Position numbers and translations under genes: made by a program. The notes beneath the pieces are model-generated. The model was not told the DNA's origin. It ran no database searches and saw nothing but the letters and a program-made list of their open reading frames with translations. Positions 38,890-48,103 of a DNA stretch of 64,000 nt are shown in pieces (the first letter of the stretch is position 1; every line of letters starts with the position of its first letter). The stretch is from Candidatus Avilachnospira sp. (GTDB lineage: Bacteria; Bacillota; Clostridia; Oscillospirales; Oscillospiraceae). The DNA lies in NCBI GenBank assembly GCA_045589035.1, contig JAZNFJ010000083.1, positions 6,551-70,550 of the forward strand, written 5' to 3'.

Positions 38890-39360
38890 TTATTCCCAGT
38901 CCTTGCAGACATCTACCCATCCGGTATATCCGGAATACTGTTCCAGTTCCGGAATGGTCAGTTCAATGGCACTGTTGCTGCTGCCGCAGGCAGGAAAAAC
39001 AGTATCAAACCGTTTCAGAGATTCATCCAGATAGACAGCCACGCCATCTTTTACCGCAAAGGGGCAAACTCCGCCAACCGCATGTCCGATATATTCCGGC
39101 ACAGAATCGTGGGGAAGCATTTTTGCTTTGGTGTGAAAGGTTACTTTATACTTACTGTTATCAATCCGCGCATCGCCCGCTGCAACCACCAACACACAAT
39201 TCTCTCCAACCAGGAAAGAGAGTGTTTTGGCAATTCGCTTGCCCTCTACCCCAACTGCCAGTGCAGCCAGTTCCACCGTGGCACTGGATACTTCAAATTC
39301 CTGTATTCTGGATGCAATGCCCAGTGTTTCAAAGTAGGCTCTTACCTTTTCAATAGACAT
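38890..39360 (-). CDS. YbaK/ProX-type aminoacyl-tRNA trans-editing domain protein
   Basis: MSIEKVRAYFETLG...KTLSFLVGENCVLVVAAGDARID..., HAVGGVCPF. ATG 39360 sits 6 nt after AAGGAG. Confidence 0.8.
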   Translation of the reverse strand: MSIEKVRAYFETLGIASRIQEFEVSSATVELAALAVGVEGKRIAKTLSFLVGENCVLVVAAGDARIDNSKYKVTFHTKAKMLPHDSVPEYIGHAVGGVCPFAVKDGVAVYLDESLKRFDTVFPACGSSNSAIELTIPELEQYSGYTGWVDVCKDWE

Positions 39361-39410
39361 ACTATGCTCCTTCACGTCTTTTTCCTTATACTACCACAAG
39401 CGACTGGTAC

Positions 39411-39439
39411 TTGCAAGGATTGACAACTTGATATATAAT
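39411..39439 (+). promoter_or_regulatory. Putative sigma-A promoter for ybaK
   Basis: TTGCAA (39411-39416), 17-nt spacer, TATAAT (39434-39439). Confidence 0.5.
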
Positions 39440-39457
39440 CTCCACGGAGGAATTGCT

Positions 39458-39928
39458 ATGACAAAAACAAATGCCATGCGCCTGATTGAACAGGCCAAGA
39501 TCCCTTTCCGCGCTTCTGAATATGCCTACGATGAAAACGACCTCAACGGCATGCATGCCGCTGAAGCCATTGGGATGCCTCCGGAGCAGGTTTTCAAAAC
39601 ATTGGTCGCACGCGGAGATAAAAACGGCATTCTCGTTTTCTGTATTCCCGTATGCTGTTCTTTGGATCTAAAAAAGGCAGCAAAAGCCGCAGCCGACAAA
39701 AAGGTAGAAATGATCGCCATGAAGGATCTTCTGTCTTTGACCGGCTATATCCGCGGTGGATGCAGCCCCATCGGCATGAAAAAAGCGTATCCCACCTTTA
39801 TCGACGAAACGGCCGAACTCTTTGAAGAGATTGCCGTATCTGCCGGTGTCCGTGGTCAGCAAATCATACTCTCCCCGCGGGATTTGATCGGTTATGTGAA
39901 TATGACCGTCAGCGATCTGACAGAATAG
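39458..39928 (+). CDS. ybaK: Cys-tRNA(Pro)/Cys-tRNA(Cys) deacylase YbaK
   Basis: MTKTNAMRLIEQAKIPF...VFKTLVARGDKNGILVFCIP..., TGYIRGGCSPIGMKK. Confidence 0.88.
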   Translation: MTKTNAMRLIEQAKIPFRASEYAYDENDLNGMHAAEAIGMPPEQVFKTLVARGDKNGILVFCIPVCCSLDLKKAAKAAADKKVEMIAMKDLLSLTGYIRGGCSPIGMKKAYPTFIDETAELFEEIAVSAGVRGQQIILSPRDLIGYVNMTVSDLTE

Positions 39929-39941
39929 AAAGGAATTAATT

Positions 39942-40193
39942 ATGGTTTACAGGTTCAGACCCAGAGGTGTATGTTCCAACGAGATGCACATTGACATTGA
40001 AAATGGTATCATCCGGAAACTGACCGTCATTGGCGGCTGCAACGGCAATTTGCAGGGCATCTCTTCTCTGGTGGAAGGCATGGAAGTGGACGAAGTGATC
40101 CGTCGTCTGAAAGGCATCCGCTGCGGTATGAAGGATACTTCCTGCCCTGACCAGTTGGCAAGAGCCCTGGAAAAAGCAAAAGGTGAAGAATAA
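39942..40193 (+). CDS. TIGR03905-type TSCPD (4-Cys) domain protein
   Basis: MVYRFRPRGVCSNEMHIDIENGIIRKLTVIGGCNGNLQGISSLVEGMEVDEVIRRLKGIRCG.K.TSCPDQLA. Confidence 0.85.
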   Translation: MVYRFRPRGVCSNEMHIDIENGIIRKLTVIGGCNGNLQGISSLVEGMEVDEVIRRLKGIRCGMKDTSCPDQLARALEKAKGEE

Positions 40194-40201
40194 GGGCAAA
40201 C

Positions 40202-40232
40202 AAAAAACGACATCCAAACGGATGTCGTTTTT
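40202..40232. terminator. Bidirectional intrinsic terminator (TSCPD gene / tRNA-Leu)
   Basis: AAAAAACGACATCC aaac GGATGTCGTTTTT. Confidence 0.8.
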
Positions 40233-40235
40233 GTT

Positions 40236-40323
40236 TGGTGCGCGAGGCGGGACTTGAACCCGCACGTCCGGAGTGGACACTAGAACCTGAATCTAGCGAG
40301 TCTGCCAATTCCACCACTCGCGC
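40236..40323 (-). tRNA. tRNA-Leu (anticodon CAG), class II, CCA encoded
   Basis: Minus strand: GCGCGAG-TG-GTGGAATTGGCAGACTCGC-CTAGA TTCAGGT TCTAG-long variable arm-TGCGGGTTCAAGTCCCGC-CTCGCGC-A-CCA. Confidence 0.93.
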
Positions 40324-40349
40324 ATGATGCCGTGCTTAACAGCCACAAC

Positions 40350-40378
40350 ATCATAACACTTCAAAGTGAAATTGTCAA
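40350..40378 (-). promoter_or_regulatory. Putative sigma-A promoter for tRNA-Leu
   Basis: Minus strand: TTGACA (40378-40373), 17-nt spacer, TGt-TATGAT (40355-40350). Confidence 0.5.
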
Positions 40379-40389
40379 TCCTAAATTGC

Positions 40390-43300
40390 TTAAAGCCAGA
40401 TTGCCTCATCTGTCGCAAAGAAGTAGAGAATTTTCGCCTTGACGGGCATCTCGTAAATCCGGGACAGCGCGTCTGCATAGGCATTCAGCTGCGGTTCGTA
40501 ATACTCTGGTCTGGGTGTCCTGTCTGTCTTAAAATCAAGAATCGTCAAACCATCATCTTCCACCGCAAAGCAGTCCACAACACCCTGCAGCATCACCTGT
40601 TCATCTGTTACACCCAAGCCATAATCCTTTGCGTTCACCAACAAAGAGAATTTGAATTCCCGCCTTACCTCTTTTGTGAGAAGCCACTGACCCAAATCAG
40701 AACGGAAGAAATGGAGAATGTGATGCCGCTCCACAGATTTTGCTTGATCCGGTGCCAGATATTTCTGATCCACCATTCGTTCCAATTCCCGGTCCAGCGT
40801 CATCTCATCGGCACAGGCAGAATAGTCCGCAAACTGCAGGAACAAGTGGGTCGCGGTACCTCTCTCCGCCGCTGTCATAGAAGGATCAAGGAAAACCGGC
40901 TGACGGAAAGAGAATGCAGATTTTCTGCTGATCGTATCTGCGGCTCCCTCAGAAACCTCCCGGTCCTGCACTCTTCCTTTCAGCTGCGTTGCGGTAATCT
41001 TACCGGGAATATTACAGCAGTCCTCGTATGGATATACGAATTGCAGAAGTTCCAATCCTTCGGGATCAGCGGAATGCATCACTGCAGGAGCAGAAGTAAT
41101 TGTATCTGTTTCAACCCCCACCGTTTCTGACAGATCTCGGAAACAGATTTTCCACGTGCGATCCCAGACCCTGGACACACCATTATATCCAGCCTCTGCA
41201 AACAGTTCACCGGCCTCTGTACGGCAAAGTGCTGCCATCAAAATCCACTTACCAAGGCTTCTTGAAGATCCGCACAGTTCATCAGACAGCGGCCATGTCA
41301 GCATACCATTGATATTCTTCAGCTCCGTGCGAAGATGCTTGCTGTAGTAGGTCATGATCAGACGATCTTTTGCACGAGTCATAGCCACATAGAGAATACG
41401 CAGTTCCTCTGAAACCGTTTCTCTGGTCTTCTTATGGATGATCGCCTTCTTCGCAATGGTCGGATACCGCACAAATCGCTGATGGTCCACGCGATTACAG
41501 CCAACCGCCAGATCATTATCCACCAAAATTAGATCGTTCATATCCTGCAGATTGATAGCGTGGGACAAATCGCTGAGAAATACCACGGGAAACTCTAATC
41601 CCTTGGAGCTGTGAATGGTCATAATGGTCACAGCATCCTCCGCTGCAGATTTGGGAATCGGAATCTGACCTCCTGTTTCGTGCAAATCCGAAAGATACCA
41701 CAAGAGCTGCGGCAATGCACGGCTGCCGGTTGCCTCAAAGGACACGGTAAAGCCGCGGAAGGCCATCAAATTACGTTCCCTTCGAAGACCATCTTCCATA
41801 GATGCAAAGACAGCCAGCAGTCCCGTACGGCGGAAAATGTCATCCACCAACTCGTGAAGGTTCATCCATTGGGCATCTTCCCGCAATTCATTGAGAAGGG
41901 TTATGGCTTCGGTGAACACTTCACAACCGCAAATGGCCTCATAGTAGTCTCCCTTCCGGTTTTTCGTTCTGGGTAGTGCCAGCTGCTCCGGGTTGAAGCC
42001 AAACACCGGGCTTCCCAACGCCGTCAAAAGCGGAATGTCCTGATGGGGATTATCCACAATCTGCAAAATTGCGACCAGAATCTGCACTTCTGTGGTCTCC
42101 AGCAAACTGCCTCCGCGATCACAGACCGCAGGAATTCCGTACCTTCCAAGCGCCTCCAGATAATGGGACGCTGTAGACGAGAGAGATCGCATCAGTATGG
42201 CAATATCTCCCGGCTGCACGGGCCGCATGGTGTCGCCATCAGAAATGCAGACCTTTTGATCCAGCATCTCCCTTATTCTTGCGGCAACATATTCTGCCTC
42301 CAAAGCATATTTATCCTGTCCCTGATCCCTATGGGTCAGACAATGAAGTTCCACAGCAGGTTCTTCCAAAGGCGAAAAATCCCGTCCCTGTTTCAGAGCC
42401 TCATTTTCCGTGTAATCCAGATCGCCTACGGTTTGCCGCATAACAAGGCGAAATACATCGTTACAGGCAGCCAATATCTCTCCTCTGGAGCGGAAATTCT
42501 CTGAAAGCAGAATCTTTCTTCCCCTCCCCGGTTCCGCTTCGGTCCACATGGCATATTCCAGATATTTCCGCAAAAACAGGGATGGATCCGCCAGACGGAA
42601 TCGATAGATAGACTGCTTGACATCGCCTACCATAAAGCGGTTTTTTCCATCTTTGGATACAGCTTCAAAAATCGTATCCTGCACTTCGTTGGAATCCTGG
42701 TATTCATCCACCATGATCTCCACAAAGCGATCAGAAACTTCCCTTGCCACCCTGGACGGTTTCCCGGTGTATTTATCTGTCAGCAGTCGGATCGCCAAAT
42801 GCTCCAGATCAGAAAAGTCCATCAGTTTACGACGTTTCTTTTCTTCACTGTAGGCTTCATCATAGGTTTTGGCAAATCGCAGCAATGCCCGCATACCCGG
42901 CGCAGTTGCCTTCAGATCTTCCAGAACCTTCTCAGACGATGCAAAGAAACACTCCTGCCACTTCTTCAGTTCACTCCATGCGACCTGACGGATATTTGCA
43001 AGCCGTTCTTTTACCAACAGATCCTCCGGCTCCCGTATGCCACCAACCCGACCAAAGCTGGTTACTCGGTTTGCAACGATCTCATCCCATGTATCGCAGG
43101 CATACAATGCTTTCAGTTGCTCCAAATTTTCCCGGAAGCATTTTTCAAGCCCTTTCTGGATCTTCGGATAGAACTGCATCTCAGCAAGTCCGTTCTCCAG
43201 GTTCCTGATCTGCTGCTCCAAAAACAGCCGGAAGTTTTCAATTAAATACTTTCCCCACGGAGTATGAGAAGCATCTGCATAGCAATCCATATCCAGAGCA

Positions 43301-43902
43301 GCCAGCATCGTCTGCAGCCAACCGTCCATATCTGCACGGCAGCGCATTTCCTTATGGGCCATTTTAACCGCTTCCGGAAGGCGGCGGTCATCACGGCCGT
43401 AGCCAAAGGTCTCCACCATTGCGCAGAAATCTGCATCAGACTGGGCATAGCCATCTTCCAGCAAGGCTTCAAGTGTCTTATCCTGCAGCATCCTGCTTTC
43501 CGCTTCCTCTGCAACACGAAAATCTGCAGGAATGTCCAGTATATGTGCGTATGTACGCAGCAGATCTGAACAGAACGCATGAACAGTAGAGATCGACGCC
43601 AGATAGATCCGGCTCATCTGCCGCTGCAGATGACGATCATCTGGCTTTTCTGCCAGCCGCTGACTGAGTGCCTGTGCTATCTTTACGCGAAGCTCCGATG
43701 CAGCGGCTTTGGTGTAGGTTATAACCAGAAAATCATCCAGATTACAAGGGTTGTCCGGATCGCAAATTCTGGAAAGAAGGCGGTCGACCAGAACCTTGGT
43801 CTTGCCGGAACCGGCGGCTGCCGATACCAACAGTGCACCACCGCGATTATCCACCACAGCCTGCTGAGAAGGTGTCAATTTTATTTCAGCCACGTTCCGC
43901 AT
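40390..43902 (-). CDS. addA: Helicase-exonuclease AddAB, subunit AddA
   Basis: MRNVAEIKLTPSQQAVVDNRGGALLVSAAAGSGKTKVL (UvrD Walker A)... and a C-terminal RecB-type nuclease (...VVDCFAVEDDGLTILDFKTD). ATG 43902 sits 6 nt after GGAGG and overlaps addB by 17 nt. Confidence 0.93.
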   Translation of the reverse strand: MRNVAEIKLTPSQQAVVDNRGGALLVSAAAGSGKTKVLVDRLLSRICDPDNPCNLDDFLVITYTKAAASELRVKIAQALSQRLAEKPDDRHLQRQMSRIYLASISTVHAFCSDLLRTYAHILDIPADFRVAEEAESRMLQDKTLEALLEDGYAQSDADFCAMVETFGYGRDDRRLPEAVKMAHKEMRCRADMDGWLQTMLAALDMDCYADASHTPWGKYLIENFRLFLEQQIRNLENGLAEMQFYPKIQKGLEKCFRENLEQLKALYACDTWDEIVANRVTSFGRVGGIREPEDLLVKERLANIRQVAWSELKKWQECFFASSEKVLEDLKATAPGMRALLRFAKTYDEAYSEEKKRRKLMDFSDLEHLAIRLLTDKYTGKPSRVAREVSDRFVEIMVDEYQDSNEVQDTIFEAVSKDGKNRFMVGDVKQSIYRFRLADPSLFLRKYLEYAMWTEAEPGRGRKILLSENFRSRGEILAACNDVFRLVMRQTVGDLDYTENEALKQGRDFSPLEEPAVELHCLTHRDQGQDKYALEAEYVAARIREMLDQKVCISDGDTMRPVQPGDIAILMRSLSSTASHYLEALGRYGIPAVCDRGGSLLETTEVQILVAILQIVDNPHQDIPLLTALGSPVFGFNPEQLALPRTKNRKGDYYEAICGCEVFTEAITLLNELREDAQWMNLHELVDDIFRRTGLLAVFASMEDGLRRERNLMAFRGFTVSFEATGSRALPQLLWYLSDLHETGGQIPIPKSAAEDAVTIMTIHSSKGLEFPVVFLSDLSHAINLQDMNDLILVDNDLAVGCNRVDHQRFVRYPTIAKKAIIHKKTRETVSEELRILYVAMTRAKDRLIMTYYSKHLRTELKNINGMLTWPLSDELCGSSRSLGKWILMAALCRTEAGELFAEAGYNGVSRVWDRTWKICFRDLSETVGVETDTITSAPAVMHSADPEGLELLQFVYPYEDCCNIPGKITATQLKGRVQDREVSEGAADTISRKSAFSFRQPVFLDPSMTAAERGTATHLFLQFADYSACADEMTLDRELERMVDQKYLAPDQAKSVERHHILHFFRSDLGQWLLTKEVRREFKFSLLVNAKDYGLGVTDEQVMLQGVVDCFAVEDDGLTILDFKTDRTPRPEYYEPQLNAYADALSRIYEMPVKAKILYFFATDEAIWL

Positions 43903-46900
43903 CTCCTTCCTCCAGTTTTTCCCAGAACTTTTCAGCACTGGTAGAAGCCATGATCCGCTCTTCATGCTGGCAAAGATCCATATGGCATACATTCTTGTAA
44001 TCACAGTACCGGCAGGAAGAGTTGCTGCCGCGAATGACCGGATTGGGTCTTACATCGCCGGAAGCAATGGCATCTGCCATACCGGAAAGTGTCCGCAGCA
44101 CATGTCGCTCCAGCAGTTCCATTTGTCTGCTGTCTGCCAGATTACCCTCTGGTCCGTTCTTTCCCACCTTATAGGGCATATACCGGGGATGTTCCGGATC
44201 TGATTCCATGGCTTGCAGCAAATGCGCATCCTCACGGATCAGACCTCTTCGACGCCTTTCTTCCTGATGAATATCTTCCACTTCTCCATCTCCCGGCTGG
44301 GGTCTGGTCAGGGAATATTCCTTCCTGGCAGGCAGATACAGCACACCGGCGGGTATCAGGTTCTCAACACCATAATGTGCGCCGCCAAACTCTTTCAAGG
44401 CAAACAGGTAAATCAGCATCTGCAGACCGGCGCCGTTGAGAATATCGGTATAGTCAAAATCCTTATGGCCGGTCTTGTAGTCCACAACACGAACATAAGC
44501 CTTGCCGTTCGCCTCGTACAAATCCACACGATCCACAAAACCCGAAACCCGGCAAACCACATGCTCTCCCTGTACCTCAAAGGCAGGAAGCTGACCGCCT
44601 GCAGAAAATTCCAGTTCACAGTCAGCCGGCTGGAACAGACTGTCTTTCAATTCCTTCCCGAGATCGAGCACAATATCCAGAATTTCTTCTCTGGAGCGAT
44701 TGAACAGATACGCAGCCCGCTGAGCCTGCTGCGGGAAGTGTTCCGAAGCATAGCGCTCAATCTCCTCCAGTGCAATTTCCATTAACCGCTCCTGCGTGAT
44801 ATTCCGGAAACCGCCTTCTTCCCTGACACGCAGAACTGTCTGCTCCAAGACAGCATGAACGAAGGTACCAAATGCCGAGGGATCCAGCTTTGCCTGCTTT
44901 CTGGGCTCAGCCTTCAAGCCGTAAGCGAGAAAGAACGCAAACCTGCAAGCCGCGAACTTATCAATACGGGATGCTGAGAGATACAGCTGCTTGCCATACA
45001 ACCCCTGCACCGTTTCCTTTGAGAGGGCTTTGAAATCATACGCTCTCAATATCCTCAGGTTTCGCTCCCAGACTTCCAGCTGCGGCACAGACACGGGCCG
45101 GTCGTCTTCATGTCGAAGACGCCATGCTGCAAAAGAAGGAACATCCAAAAACACTTCCTTATTTTCAGTGATAACGGATTGAGGGAACACGGCTGCAGCA
45201 CGACGGTACAGCCACGCAGGCTGATCACCGGCATAAGACAGCCAGATACTATCTGTTGTTGCAGAAATCGCACTATAAATCCGGCACATCTCGTGATCCA
45301 TCTGATCTGCTCGCGGTGGAGAAAGCGAAATCCCTTGAGAAACCAACTTCTTTCGCTCCCCTTCTGTCAGCAAGCCTTCCCCAGTCTTATAAGCAGGGAA
45401 ACAGCCGTCCGCAGTACCTAACACAATCAAATGCTTCGTACGTTTCTGTCGCATATCCTGCAGGGAACCCACATAAATCTGATCAATTCCTGCCGGAATC
45501 GTGCCAACATGATACTGGGTCAGGACAGATCGGTACAAACGGGCAAAATCCTCAGGCGTTCTGATAGTTGATCCGACCATCAGCCACATCTGCTCCAAAG
45601 ACTGGCGGATAATATCATAAAGCTGGAACAGCTCCTGACCGACTTGCCCACCAACTTCGTTGGCCTGGGCTTCCAACCGCTGGCGCAGCTGCACTTCCTC
45701 TAAAAACGCATACAGTGCCATGACCATTTCACCGGTATCCTTTGCCTGCAGAAGACTATTCCGCAAGCGAAACAGCGGCGTAAGCGCAATCCCCTTATCC
45801 CGGTTCAGTTGCTCGAGGGTTATCCGATCTTCGTCAGACAAAATTTCGCCAAATCCTCTGGGATGCAACTCCCAGATTCGCTCCCACTGACCACCGCGGA
45901 GATTCCATAAATAAGCATAGCAGTCCAATCGGTCGCATTTTTCCTGTTCCAGCATTGGAAGTCCAGACTTGAGATACAGCGCTACATCCTCATAATCCAT
46001 TGGACCAACCGCCGCCAAAAGTGCAGACATTACTGCATTCATAATGGGTTTGCTTAAAATATCGTCCCTGCCTGCTATGTAATAGGACATACCTGCATCC
46101 CGAAGCGCAGAGCGAAGAGGTGCTTCATAACCCTGCAGATCCGTACAAGCCAGCGCAATATCGCGGCATCTAGCACCGGCAGCCAACAACTTCTTTGCTT
46201 CCAGCACAGCACTGCGGCATTCTTCTTCCACGGACGAAAAGGCGCGCAATGTTACATGACCCGATATCTTTTCAGAAACCGAGCCGGAAGAAAACAGTTC
46301 GTGGAGCAGATCTGATACGCCCTGTTCCCTGTATGTCTTTTCTGCAATATTGATACAATCAACAGGAATATCCCATTTTTCAGCCAATCTCTGCAGACTT
46401 CTTGCTGTATCCTGTGCAGGTCTTGTAACGGGATATTTGTTGTCTGCCATCAACGCAATCCAAACGTGATTGCTTTGACGGATCAGCATCTCCAGCACTT
46501 CCAATTCTGCACCGGTAAAATCGGAAAATCCGTCAATATAGAAGTCGCGGTTTTCCGCCCAGTCGGTTTCTGCAAGTGCCTCACGCAGCCAAAGTAGTTT
46601 CTCTGTAGGATCTGCCTTGCCATTGTCGCAAACAGCAAGATAGGCTTCATAGAGAAGACCCAGTTCCTCCAATTTCTGCGCAAACTGACCTTCTGTTTGG
46701 GATGCAGCTTCCATCAACGCAGCCGGCTGAAGACAGTAACTGCGGAATTCATCCACCATAGTCACCATTTCTGACAGAAATTCCGGTTTTCGGATCACTG
46801 CAGCAAAATATTTGATACGGGAGGATATCTGTTCCGCTGCCAAGGCCATAGCCAAAAGCCGTCCGCCATGATCCAGATAGTTTCCGGCAACACCGCCATG

Positions 46901-47125
46901 AATGGATGCTACGCGATCTGCAACTTGAGAAAGCGCCAGTACTTCCGCATACCGGCTGATGGTATCGCCGCCCAAGGTACACAGTCGACGCTGCGCCTCA
47001 TAAGTGAACTGTTCCGGCACAATCAGAATTCGTCCGTTCTCTCTTTGATCTTTTGCTGCACAAAGCTGTTCAAGCAGCCGATCCGACAGGGCAATTCTGT
47101 CCTCACTCATCCACAAATGCAGCAT
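43886..47125 (-). CDS. addB: Helicase-exonuclease AddAB, subunit AddB
   Basis: MLHLWMSEDR... and a C-terminal nuclease/Fe-S domain (VVDYKTG..., CRYCDYKNVC). ATG 47125 sits 6 nt after GGGAGGG. Confidence 0.9.
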   Translation of the reverse strand: MLHLWMSEDRIALSDRLLEQLCAAKDQRENGRILIVPEQFTYEAQRRLCTLGGDTISRYAEVLALSQVADRVASIHGGVAGNYLDHGGRLLAMALAAEQISSRIKYFAAVIRKPEFLSEMVTMVDEFRSYCLQPAALMEAASQTEGQFAQKLEELGLLYEAYLAVCDNGKADPTEKLLWLREALAETDWAENRDFYIDGFSDFTGAELEVLEMLIRQSNHVWIALMADNKYPVTRPAQDTARSLQRLAEKWDIPVDCINIAEKTYREQGVSDLLHELFSSGSVSEKISGHVTLRAFSSVEEECRSAVLEAKKLLAAGARCRDIALACTDLQGYEAPLRSALRDAGMSYYIAGRDDILSKPIMNAVMSALLAAVGPMDYEDVALYLKSGLPMLEQEKCDRLDCYAYLWNLRGGQWERIWELHPRGFGEILSDEDRITLEQLNRDKGIALTPLFRLRNSLLQAKDTGEMVMALYAFLEEVQLRQRLEAQANEVGGQVGQELFQLYDIIRQSLEQMWLMVGSTIRTPEDFARLYRSVLTQYHVGTIPAGIDQIYVGSLQDMRQKRTKHLIVLGTADGCFPAYKTGEGLLTEGERKKLVSQGISLSPPRADQMDHEMCRIYSAISATTDSIWLSYAGDQPAWLYRRAAAVFPQSVITENKEVFLDVPSFAAWRLRHEDDRPVSVPQLEVWERNLRILRAYDFKALSKETVQGLYGKQLYLSASRIDKFAACRFAFFLAYGLKAEPRKQAKLDPSAFGTFVHAVLEQTVLRVREEGGFRNITQERLMEIALEEIERYASEHFPQQAQRAAYLFNRSREEILDIVLDLGKELKDSLFQPADCELEFSAGGQLPAFEVQGEHVVCRVSGFVDRVDLYEANGKAYVRVVDYKTGHKDFDYTDILNGAGLQMLIYLFALKEFGGAHYGVENLIPAGVLYLPARKEYSLTRPQPGDGEVEDIHQEERRRRGLIREDAHLLQAMESDPEHPRYMPYKVGKNGPEGNLADSRQMELLERHVLRTLSGMADAIASGDVRPNPVIRGSNSSCRYCDYKNVCHMDLCQHEERIMASTSAEKFWEKLEEGDAERG

Positions 47126-47198
47126 GTCTATCCCTCCCATGGCTCTTTTTTATATTTTATCACAACCCATGTCCAAAAGATAGTACACCAAGTACACA

Positions 47199-47227
47199 TT
47201 GACAGAAATTTGATTTTGTTATAATAT
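47199..47227 (+). promoter_or_regulatory. Putative sigma-A promoter upstream of the rpe leader
   Basis: TTGACA (47199-47204), then TATAAT at 15 nt or TAATAT at 17 nt (47220-47227). Confidence 0.45.
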
Positions 47228-47234
47228 ACACAGT

Positions 47235-47336
47235 GAGGGTCGCATACCGGCTGTATGCAACCCTCTATCGAAAACAGCGGTTTGGATCCGTGTGGGCAGA
47301 GGAGCCTTTTCCCCACACCGCTGTATATTCTTTTTT
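47235..47336 (+). promoter_or_regulatory. Structured leader with intrinsic terminator upstream of rpe (unclassified attenuator, riboswitch or small RNA)
   Basis: Hairpin 1: GAGGGTcGCATAC cggct GTATGCaACCCTC (47235-47265). Hairpin 2: ACAGCG..GTGTGGG (47274-47296) pairs with CCCACAC-CGCTGT (47312-47324), followed by ATATTCTTTTTT. This lies 60 nt before the rpe ATG. Confidence 0.45.
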
Positions 47337-47397
47337 ATGTTCGATTGCCTGTCTTTGATACAGGAAACCGCAAATTACGACCAGGAGGTCTACTGTT

Positions 47398-48051
47398 ATG
47401 GTGAAACTCTCTCCCTCTATTCTTGCCGCTGATTTTGTCAATCTGGAACGGGATATCCGTGCTTTGGAACCCGCCGGTGCTGATTATGTTCACATCGATG
47501 TGATGGACGGTATTTTTGTTCCCAATATCTCCATTGGTTTGCCCGTCCTGTCTGCTATTCGGAAGATTTCCAATCTGGTGCTGGACGTACATCTGATGAT
47601 CGACCGCCCCATCCGGTATGTGGAACGTTTCTGTAAGGCCGGCGCCGATCTGGTCACCATCCATGTGGAAGCCGATACAGAAGAAAACACCCTGGAGGCT
47701 TTGAAGATTATCAAGGGCTGCGGTGTTAAAGCCGGTGTGGTCGTCAAGCCCAAAACTCCCGCAGAGGCAGTTCTCCCCTTTATTGATCTTTGTGATTTAA
47801 TTCTGGTTATGACCGTAGAGCCCGGTTTTGGCGGTCAGAGCTTCATGGCTGATATGATGCCCAAGGTCACCAGGCTCCGCGAAATCATCAACGAACGCAA
47901 GCCTGAATGCGAACTGGAAGTTGACGGCGGTGTCAACATCGAAACCGGTAAGATTTGTGTGGAAGCCGGCGCTGATGTTCTCGTCGCAGGCTCTGCCTTC
48001 TTCGGTGCTCCCGACCACAAGGCATTCACCGATGCCATTCACGCCATGTAA
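47398..48051 (+). CDS. rpe: Ribulose-phosphate 3-epimerase
   Basis: MVKLSPSILAADF..., HIDVMDG.FVPN, HLM, MTVEPGFGGQ.F, VDGG. Confidence 0.96.
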   Translation: MVKLSPSILAADFVNLERDIRALEPAGADYVHIDVMDGIFVPNISIGLPVLSAIRKISNLVLDVHLMIDRPIRYVERFCKAGADLVTIHVEADTEENTLEALKIIKGCGVKAGVVVKPKTPAEAVLPFIDLCDLILVMTVEPGFGGQSFMADMMPKVTRLREIINERKPECELEVDGGVNIETGKICVEAGADVLVAGSAFFGAPDHKAFTDAIHAM

Positions 48052-48060
48052 CGAACTTAT

Positions 48061-48096
48061 AAAAAAATCCTGTCTGCATAAGCAGACAGGATTTTT
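48061..48096. terminator. Bidirectional intrinsic terminator (rpe / Dlt-like operon)
   Basis: AAAAAAATCCTGTCTGC ataa GCAGACAGGATTTTT. Confidence 0.85.
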
Positions 48097-48103
48097 CTTT
48101 TCC

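Noticed and set aside
39420-39425. Perfect TTGACA hexamer upstream of ybaK
   Set aside because: It lies only 8 nt from the TATAAT box, so it cannot be the -35 element. TTGCAA at 39411-39416 has the proper 17-nt spacing and was used instead.
47235-47336. Attempted assignment of the rpe leader to a known class (ZTP/pfl, SRP/4.5S RNA, PyrR binding loop)
   Set aside because: GGGTCGC... lacks the ZTP pseudoknot and CCGCCTGGGC element. There is no SRP domain-IV GGAAGCAGCC motif. The loop CAGAGGAGCC only superficially resembles the PyrR site (CAGAGAGGC) and sits in the terminator loop of a non-pyr gene. Left unclassified.
47255-47401. 48-codon upstream ORF within the rpe leader (MQPSIENSG...)
   Set aside because: No RBS, and it starts inside hairpin 1. 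It runs through the terminator and into the rpe start. RNA structure explains it better.
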